A stretch of DNA of 54,141 nt from Candidatus Poseidoniaceae archaeon. GTDB taxonomy: Archaea > Thermoplasmatota > Poseidoniia > Poseidoniales > Poseidoniaceae. Each line of letters opens with the position of its first letter. Positions within the stretch are counted from its first letter, which is position 1. Made by a program: the position numbers and the translations under genes. The stretch lies in the NCBI GenBank assembly GCA_965662895.1, contig CBFIJH010000014.1:1-54141 (forward strand), in the 5' to 3' direction. Shown piece by piece: positions 47,303 to 54,141 of the stretch. Below the pieces are notes generated by a model, which made no database searches, was not told the origin of the DNA, and saw only the letters and a program-made list of their open reading frames with translations.

Positions 47303-48695
47303 ACAGTCCAAGGCCTGTGAACGCCCAATAGGATTGTTGTGAAAGTGAAACACAGGTCACAACAACAAGCAAAAGTGTTGCACTCCATTGGATACCTCGT
47401 TGCATGAACGCTGAGAATCTTCGACTGAGAACAACCCCTCCCATCAGCATCACAAACGAAGAAGCGATCGAAGCATACGCGGCCATTTCAACTGCCAATC
47501 CAACACTTGACCTCGCACCCCAATTGATGAGAATCAATCCAAATGCGGTTGAAGATAGGACAACGATCAGAATCAAGGATGTAAAAAGCCAAGGCTTCTC
47601 ACCGGCTTGCAATGCCGTGTACGAGGGTACTGAAAGGACGGTGCATGCCCAGCCGGCTAACAGAATCATGAACACATTCGTGGCTGACACCCCGAATGTA
47701 CCATCAAAATATTCTGCTGGAAACCCGAGCGGAAGAAGAACCCACACAATGGCAGCACCGGCTAGCAAACCAATCGGAACAAGAGCGAAACAAATCGATT
47801 CGACTCGATCGAGGTGCTGATGGAACAACGAGGAATCGTTTCGTGAAGCACCGAGAACGGGAAGCAATGCAGCCCGCATCGCTTGAGGAATCAGCAATCC
47901 TGCCAACCAGGCAAGTTGAGCAACATGGAACAAAGCAACTTCATCATAGCCCAATTCACTCGCCAAGATGAACTTCTCAATTCGAATCACATAGGGCAAA
48001 ACGCCGAGCGTGATCGCAAAAGGTAGCGCTGCAAGCAGGATACTCTTCTTGCTGATCCAATCCGTCCCCAATTCGGTTGAGTTCATTCGTTCATCGCTCA
48101 TTCCACAGACGCGATATGCTCCTAGGAGTGCGACGAGAAGGCCAAGAATCGCTCCAGCGAGGAAAACAGTTGCATAAGCAAGAACATCCGTTGAACCCAT
48201 CACAAAAAGGAGAGCATACCCGAAAGTCGTTGCAATGCGTTCAATCAGTTTTGTCAGTGATTCAAGTCGCGCATCTCCAGCTGCGCGCAACGCTGTTCGA
48301 GGGGCATAGGAAGCAATGTGAGCCAAAGCAATACCTGCCCCAATCAGCATCAGCGTGTCATGAACGCTCAGGTACAGTGTGATCGAGAGAGTCATTGGAA
48401 CGAAAATAAGAACAGCAATGCCTTGCAAACGATAGATGCGCATCATTCCCGACCAAATGGCCGATGGTCGTCGGGGACCATCACGAGCAAGCAATGTTGG
48501 CAGTCCTAAGTCAAGAAGGAGAAACAGGGTTGCAAACAGATCGACAGCGATGACAAACAATCCGTACGATTCGGAAAGCAGTGCACGAGCAAGGAGCAAT
48601 TGACCAACAAACGCCAGCAAAACAGCAACGACATCAGCAGATGCCAACCACACGCTATCGCGACCAAATGCAGGTCGTCGGTTCGTGGCGCTCAT
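47220..48695 (-). CDS. Oligosaccharide flippase (Wzx/MOP family)
   Basis: LARALL.ESYG, DLGL..LLAR, RIEKFIL and VALF..A motifs; about 12-14 TM helices; adjacent to the GT4. Confidence 0.82.
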   Translation of the reverse strand: MSATNRRPAFGRDSVWLASADVVAVLLAFVGQLLLARALLSESYGLFVIAVDLFATLFLLLDLGLPTLLARDGPRRPSAIWSGMMRIYRLQGIAVLIFVPMTLSITLYLSVHDTLMLIGAGIALAHIASYAPRTALRAAGDARLESLTKLIERIATTFGYALLFVMGSTDVLAYATVFLAGAILGLLVALLGAYRVCGMSDERMNSTELGTDWISKKSILLAALPFAITLGVLPYVIRIEKFILASELGYDEVALFHVAQLAWLAGLLIPQAMRAALLPVLGASRNDSSLFHQHLDRVESICFALVPIGLLAGAAIVWVLLPLGFPAEYFDGTFGVSATNVFMILLAGWACTVLSVPSYTALQAGEKPWLFTSLILIVVLSSTAFGLILINWGARSSVGLAVEMAAYASIASSFVMLMGGVVLSRRFSAFMQRGIQWSATLLLVVVTCVSLSQQSYWAFTGLGLFILLPQGLEAMRTIVDQPSGKTYVEAE

Positions 48696-48734
48696 GGGCT
48701 CATCGAAACGATGAGGATGCATGAATCAATGGGT

Positions 48735-51700
48735 TCATGCATACTTTTGCCAATCGGTTCCGTTCCACCACATGGTTCCACCATCGGACATTCGTCGCCA
48801 TGTGTAGCCATTTTCATCGGTCCATTGCTGAAGCACTTCCGGTAATTGAACCGCCGCTTGCGATGCTTGTGTTTGCTCGACTGCTTGCGCAGGTTGGGCC
48901 TCGACAACAGGTTGGGTCGCCTGGACTTGAGCTACAGGTTGCGCAGCTTGCGTTTGTGCGGGTTGAACTTGCTCAACTAGGACGGGTTGGAGTGGAGTGG
49001 ATTGCTGAGGAGCGTACTGCGATGCATAGGTCTGTTGTACAGGTTGTTGCGTTTCGTAAGCATAGGTCGAAGTTGGTTGAGATACTGCAGCCAATCCGTC
49101 TTGTGTGAAGTCCTTCCCACCAACATCAGAAGACGATCGTCGTCCTCGAACGAAGAGTAGTCCACCGATAGCAGCAAGTGCAACAACGACACCAACAATG
49201 GTCAGAATCATGACAAGGTTGCCATCGTCTTCCTCGGCTTCGACCCCATCGCCCGTCGTCGTTGGATCGACTTCCGCTTGAGGTATGATCACCTTATCGA
49301 TGATGTGGATGACACCATTCGAAGTAAGGACATCTGCTGTTGTAATGTTTGCACCATCGATGCCAGTAAGCAGTGACAGTGTTGCATTCTTTCCATTTGC
49401 CATCGTTAATGGCATGCCCTCAGTAATTTCCGTTGAGAGCAGCGTTCCTGGATAGACGTGATAAAGGAGGATATCGCTCAGTTGCTCTTTCCCTTCAGGT
49501 GTATCGTAGACGGAGAGATCAATTCCTGCATCGGTGAAGGCTTGGTCTGTCGGTGCAAATATGGTGAATTCGCCTTCACCTTGGAGTGTTTCAACCAGTT
49601 CTGCCTGAATCAACGCAGCGACGAGAGAAGTGTGAACACCCGTACAACTTGCTGTTCGTGTTGCATCGTTTGGTGCATCGGAAGGCGTAAGGACAGTATC
49701 GATAACGTGAATGATACCGTTGCTTGCTGCTACATCAGGAAGAGTGACTGTTGCGTTGTTCACAAGAACACTATCGCCTACCGTGAATGCAAGTGTTTGG
49801 CCATTTACGGCGGTTGTGGTCATACAATCGCTCAGAGCTGTTGATGGCACTTCGCCAGCAACAACGTGATACAGGAGAATGTCCGAAAGGATTGCCTTAC
49901 CTTCGGGCGTATCCAATGATGCAAGATCAATTCCTGCATCAGCGAATGCTTGATCAGTTGGTGCAAAGACAGTGAATGGACCTTCACCTTGGAGCGTCTC
50001 AAGCAACTCTGCTTGAATGACAGCAGCAACAAGTGAGTCGTGAATGTCTGTGCATTGAGCAGTTCGTGGAATGTCGTTTGGTGTATCCGTTGGCATCAAG
50101 ACCTTGTCAATGACGTGAATCACACCATTGCTCGTTGGTACATCTGGGGTTGTAACGGTAGCTCCGTTGACGGTTACTGTATCACCAACACCGAAAGAAA
50201 GGATGTTTCCGTTAACAGCGGTTGCAGTTCCACATTCTTCAACAGCGGAAGATGGTACTTCACTTCCAACAACGTGGTACAAAAGAATGTCCTGAAGCGC
50301 TGCCTTACCTTCGACTGTATCGAAAGATGCGAGATCGATTCCCGCATCACTAAACGCTTGGTCTGTTGGTGCAAAGACGGTGAACGGACCCTGGCCTTGG
50401 AGTGTCTCAAGCAACTCTGCTTGAACGACTGCGGCAACAAGTGAATCGTGCATTCCAGTACACTGGGCTGTACGGGGAATGTCGTTCGGCGTCGCTGTTG
50501 GCATCAACACTTTGTCGATAACGTGAATAATTCCATTGCTCGCTGGAACATCGGTTGCAGTAACATTCGCGTTGTTGACCATCACGGTTTCACCAACGCT
50601 GAAAGAAAGCGGATTCCCGTTAACAGCAGTCGCTGAAAGACAATCCGTTACAGCGGAGGCAGGAACCTCGCTATCGAGAACGTGGTAGAGCAGAATGTTT
50701 GACAGAGTTTGCTTACCTTCAGGGGTATCAAGTGCTGCTAGGTCGATGCCTGCATCAGCGAATGCTTGGTCGGTCGGAGCGAAAACAGTGAACGGTCCGT
50801 CTCCTTGAAGTGTTTCGAGTAAACCAGCCTGGACAACACTGGACACCAGAGAATTGTGGTTTCCAGTACATTGAGCAGTGCGTGGGATGTCGTTTGACGT
50901 ATCGGTTGGTGAGAGCACCTTGTCAATCACATGAATCACACCATTGCTTGCAGGTACATCCGCAAGGGTCACATTCGCACCGTTCACCATAACGCCATCG
51001 TTGACAGTAAACGACAACGTCTGTCCGTTAACAGCATCCGCGTTCATACATTCTGTAACTGCCGAAGATGGAACGTTTCCTTCAACAACGTGGTAGAGCA
51101 AGATGTTGGATAAGGCCTGCTTGCCTTCTGGCGTATCGAGGGAAGCAAGATCGATTCCTGCATCAGCGAATGCTTGATCGGTTGGGGCGAACACCGTGAA
51201 CGGACCGTCGCCCTGAAGCGTCTCGAGAAGTTCTGCTTGAATGACCGCAGCAACCAGCGAGTCGTGAATGTCTGTGCATTGAGCAGTTCGTGGAATGTCG
51301 TTTGGCGTATCCGTTGGCATCAAGACCTTGTCAATGACGTGGATGATTCCGTTGCTTGTCATCACGTCTGGTAGCGTGACATTGGCATCGTTGACCATGA
51401 CTCCATTGTTGACGGTGAATGCCAGTGGTTGACCATTGACAGCATCTGCTGACATACACTCGGTCACATTGGCTGCTGGAACGTCACCAGAAACGACGTG
51501 GTAGAGGAGGATGTCGGACAACGTTTGCTTTCCTGTTGGCGTGTCAAGGGCAGCCAAATCGATTCCTGCATCAATGAAGGCTTGATCGGTCGGCGCAAAG
51601 ATGGTGAACGGGCCTGGTCCTTGGAGCGTGGAAAGCAAATCAGCCTGAAGAACTCCAGCTACAAGTGAATCATGCTCCCCCGTACATTGTGCGGTTCGAG

Positions 51701-52601
51701 GAATATCTCGCGGAGTATCTGTCGGTGTCAGAACTTTGTCAATGACATGAATAATCCCATTGCTTGCAATGACATCGGTCAGCGTAATGTTCGCATCGTT
51801 CACCATCACCGAATCACCGACTGTAAAAGAGATTGGTTGTCCATTGGCAGCATCTGCAAGCATACAATCGGTAACGTTCATTGCTGGTACTTCGTCAGAT
51901 ACAACGTGATAAAGAAGAATGTCGGAAAGGGTCGCCTTTCCTGCTGGATTGTCAAGTGAAGCCAAATCGATTCCTGCATCCGCAAAGGCTTGATCGGTTG
52001 GTGCAAAGAGGGTAAACGGCCCTTCTGCTTGGAGCGTTGAGAGAAGATCTGCTTGGACGACTGCAGCAACCAACGATGTGTGCACACCTGTCGACTGGGC
52101 GATTCCTGGAATATCTGCAGGTGGCATCAGCAACTTGTCGATGACATGAATGACTCCGTTCGATGAAAATACGTCCGCCCCACTCACGAAGGCATCTCCA
52201 ACGAAGACTTCCCCGTTTGTTACGGAGAACTTGATTTTGTCTCCACTCATCATTGTCGCCATCATACCGTCGCTGATGTCGGAAGCTGCGACAGTTCCTG
52301 AAATGACGTGATGAAGAAGAATGTTGGTCAACGTGTCATTCTTTTCCTGTGTGTCGAAATCGTTCAAATTAATTCCAGCATCGATGAAAGCTTGGTCGGT
52401 TGGTGCAAAAACTGTGAAAGGTCCTGAACCGGAGAGGGTTGACACAAGATTCACGTGGGCTAGTGCTGCAACAAGTTCGTTGTGAATGCCGGTTTCTTGG
52501 GCATTTGTTGGGATATCTTTCGATTGGTCAGCATGAACACTGAGTGGCAATGCAGATGCAATTAGGAGTGACAATACAAGATAGACGGCGGTTTTCTTCA
52601 T
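48735..52601 (-). CDS. Fasciclin (FAS1) repeat surface protein: 8 FAS1 domains + TM + Q-rich tail
   Basis: Eight copies of FT(V/L/I)FAPTDQAF...L..ILL(Y/H)HV...SNG(V/I)IH(V/I)ID; signal peptide; TM; terminal QQWTDENGYTWR...WWNGTDW. Confidence 0.93.
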   Translation of the reverse strand: MKKTAVYLVLSLLIASALPLSVHADQSKDIPTNAQETGIHNELVAALAHVNLVSTLSGSGPFTVFAPTDQAFIDAGINLNDFDTQEKNDTLTNILLHHVISGTVAASDISDGMMATMMSGDKIKFSVTNGEVFVGDAFVSGADVFSSNGVIHVIDKLLMPPADIPGIAQSTGVHTSLVAAVVQADLLSTLQAEGPFTLFAPTDQAFADAGIDLASLDNPAGKATLSDILLYHVVSDEVPAMNVTDCMLADAANGQPISFTVGDSVMVNDANITLTDVIASNGIIHVIDKVLTPTDTPRDIPRTAQCTGEHDSLVAGVLQADLLSTLQGPGPFTIFAPTDQAFIDAGIDLAALDTPTGKQTLSDILLYHVVSGDVPAANVTECMSADAVNGQPLAFTVNNGVMVNDANVTLPDVMTSNGIIHVIDKVLMPTDTPNDIPRTAQCTDIHDSLVAAVIQAELLETLQGDGPFTVFAPTDQAFADAGIDLASLDTPEGKQALSNILLYHVVEGNVPSSAVTECMNADAVNGQTLSFTVNDGVMVNGANVTLADVPASNGVIHVIDKVLSPTDTSNDIPRTAQCTGNHNSLVSSVVQAGLLETLQGDGPFTVFAPTDQAFADAGIDLAALDTPEGKQTLSNILLYHVLDSEVPASAVTDCLSATAVNGNPLSFSVGETVMVNNANVTATDVPASNGIIHVIDKVLMPTATPNDIPRTAQCTGMHDSLVAAVVQAELLETLQGQGPFTVFAPTDQAFSDAGIDLASFDTVEGKAALQDILLYHVVGSEVPSSAVEECGTATAVNGNILSFGVGDTVTVNGATVTTPDVPTSNGVIHVIDKVLMPTDTPNDIPRTAQCTDIHDSLVAAVIQAELLETLQGEGPFTVFAPTDQAFADAGIDLASLDTPEGKAILSDILLYHVVAGEVPSTALSDCMTTTAVNGQTLAFTVGDSVLVNNATVTLPDVAASNGIIHVIDTVLTPSDAPNDATRTASCTGVHTSLVAALIQAELVETLQGEGEFTIFAPTDQAFTDAGIDLSVYDTPEGKEQLSDILLYHVYPGTLLSTEITEGMPLTMANGKNATLSLLTGIDGANITTADVLTSNGVIHIIDKVIIPQAEVDPTTTGDGVEAEEDDGNLVMILTIVGVVVALAAIGGLLFVRGRRSSSDVGGKDFTQDGLAAVSQPTSTYAYETQQPVQQTYASQYAPQQSTPLQPVLVEQVQPAQTQAAQPVAQVQATQPVVEAQPAQAVEQTQASQAAVQLPEVLQQWTDENGYTWRRMSDGGTMWWNGTDWQKYA
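50035..51341. repeat. 83-bp near-identical direct repeat (50035-50117 and 51259-51341) within the fasciclin gene
   Basis: GAGTCGTGAATGTCTGTGCATTGAGCAGTTCGTGGAATGTCGTTTGG(T/C)GTATCCGTTGGCATCAAGACCTTGTCAATGACGTG; 1 mismatch; offset 1224 bp. Confidence 0.9.
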
Positions 52602-52625
52602 ATCTACTTTCTCAATTTTTGGAGG

Positions 52626-52631
52626 TTATAA
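52626..52631 (-). promoter_or_regulatory. Canonical TATA box TTATAA for the fasciclin gene
   Basis: 25 nt upstream of ATG 52601, in an AT-rich divergent intergenic region. Confidence 0.65.
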
Positions 52632-52824
52632 CTGAATGTTTTATTTCTAAAATAATAACATCTTTTTGAAATCGGAACCAATTTGTGGGGTTTTCAAATC
52701 CAATACTCCAAAAAAAAAGCAATCGAAACGTAAGCATCGCTGTCGAAAAATAGAGTCTACCACCCAATCTGTTATACACCAAGCCTTGGAGGGTAAATTA
52801 CAGCCGTCATGGCATGGTGGAAGA

Positions 52825-54069
52825 ATGAAGTATCAACTTAGGTGTCTGAAAACAAACGAACGAATCAACGACAACTACACACTTCACCATACGGACAACG
52901 CTCTTTTGCGTGCGGAATATGAGCAACCGTTCGAATTGAAAGAAGATGCAAAGGGTGTTTGGAAGTACATCTCATGGCTTCCAGTTTCGAAGCCAAACGC
53001 GTACGTTGCTGGAACCGTGACCTACAAAGCAGAAAAACTCGGTCAGGCATTAGGACTGACCAATCTCTGGGTTTCCTTCAATGGATATTGGCCAGAAAAG
53101 GGCGGCATGTGCCCGACTGGTAGTTTCAAAGATATGGAGGCGGTTCCAACCTTGCAACGTCTGCACGACCATAATGTGAAAGGATTGATTTGTGCAAGTG
53201 CTGGAAATACGGCTCGTGCCTTTTCTCACTTCTGTGGAATGGATGGAACGCCATTGATTGTTGTTGTTGGAAAAGATCACGCTGAGCGGTTATGGGCACG
53301 TCCTGAAAACAATGCTGAGAGCGTGCACTTGGTCGTTGTTGAAGACGGTGATTACTACGATGCCAAGACCGTTGCCAAAGGTATTGGCGCTCGACTTGAA
53401 GGCTGGCAAATGGAAGGAAGCGTTCACAACGTTGCTCGAAGAGATGGCATCGGAAGCATCATGGTCGATGCTGCCTTTAGCATCGGCCAGTTACCGGATC
53501 ATTATTTCCAAGGCATCGGAGGAGGGCCTGGTCCAATCGGTATTCATGAAATGGCGCAACGACTCATCGATGAGGGGTTGTTTGAAGGACCTGTTCCAGT
53601 ACAACACGTCTCTCAAAATGTTGAACATCATCCAATTCACAGCGCTTGGCAAGACCAGCGAGATCACCTCGTATCCGAGGATTTTCCTGAGAAAGAGGTC
53701 GAAGTGTACTCCGACTATCTTCTGAACAAAGGACCTGCATACGGCCAAGTTGGCGCTGTCCACGACATCCTCAAAGCTTCAAACGGACACACGCACATTG
53801 TCGAGCGTGAAGATGCAATCGCCATGCGTGAACTGATTGAATCCGTTGAAGGAATTGATATCATGACACCGGGAGCAGTCGCTGCTGTAAGTCTCGTTCA
53901 AGCCGTCAAAGATGGTCGTGTTGACAGCAACGATTGCGTACTCCTATGCGTTAGTGGAGGCGGAGTAAAGCGTCTCAAAGAAGATATTGAAACTCGACAA
54001 ATTGAGCCATGGCTAAGGGTGAACAAGGCAGATGCTGTTGAGTCCATTCTCAAGAAACTTGATGCATAA
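52825..54069 (+). CDS. Cysteate synthase (threonine-synthase-like PLP enzyme)
   Basis: L...FNGYWPEKG, TGSFKDMEA (PLP Lys), ASAGNTARAF, NVARRDG.G and LPDHYFQ match my recollection of the cysteate synthase subfamily. Start MKYQLRC. Confidence 0.78.
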   Translation: MKYQLRCLKTNERINDNYTLHHTDNALLRAEYEQPFELKEDAKGVWKYISWLPVSKPNAYVAGTVTYKAEKLGQALGLTNLWVSFNGYWPEKGGMCPTGSFKDMEAVPTLQRLHDHNVKGLICASAGNTARAFSHFCGMDGTPLIVVVGKDHAERLWARPENNAESVHLVVVEDGDYYDAKTVAKGIGARLEGWQMEGSVHNVARRDGIGSIMVDAAFSIGQLPDHYFQGIGGGPGPIGIHEMAQRLIDEGLFEGPVPVQHVSQNVEHHPIHSAWQDQRDHLVSEDFPEKEVEVYSDYLLNKGPAYGQVGAVHDILKASNGHTHIVEREDAIAMRELIESVEGIDIMTPGAVAAVSLVQAVKDGRVDSNDCVLLCVSGGGVKRLKEDIETRQIEPWLRVNKADAVESILKKLDA

Positions 54070-54141
54070 ATTCGATCCTGAATTGTTACGGATTGTCTAG
54101 ACAGGTTCAAAGAAGAGGAAGGGTTGGTTTAATCATGGTCA

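Noticed and set aside
52602-52824. AT-rich intergenic region with short nested inverted repeats (TTTTGGAG/CTCCAAAA, TTTGAAA/TTTCAAA) as an ncRNA or origin
   Set aside because: The arms are short and expected in AT-rich DNA; no ORB-like repeats or cdc6; adequately explained as a divergent promoter region.

Overview
A gene-dense archaeal chromosomal segment, almost certainly Marine Group II Euryarchaeota (Ca. Poseidoniales, Thermoplasmatota); the taxon is inferred from gene content, not from a search. Archaeal information genes (PolD large subunit, PriL, rps13-rps4-rps11-rpoD, pantoate kinase, MptE-like) sit beside bacterial-type enzymes (RibD, ATP-type PckA, Rpe, a LeuRS with a bacterial-type core). 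The window also holds the tail of a cytochrome c oxidase operon, tRNA-Ser(TGA), tRNA-Arg(TCG) and several large surface proteins (two thrombospondin type-3 repeat proteins and an 8x fasciclin protein). I saw no mobile element, CRISPR array or intein. Best leads: (1) a non-canonical TATA-position hexamer (HTTSAW: TTGA/TTCA core) about 22-26 nt upstream of many first genes and both tRNAs, implying leaderless transcription; (2) a SCO copper chaperone split by two DUF4430-like domains and an EGF-like module; (3) a cluster of a wHTH-ATPase, a WD40/TSP3 surface protein and a membrane-anchored double-wHTH regulator with BsuPI-like ectodomains; (4) a CDIN1/C15orf41-like TPD nuclease; (5) a fasciclin array whose cysteines suggest inter-domain disulfides; (6) a cysteate synthase in an apparent non-methanogen, near surface-glycosylation genes. 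All family calls come from motif recognition by eye; no database search was run.
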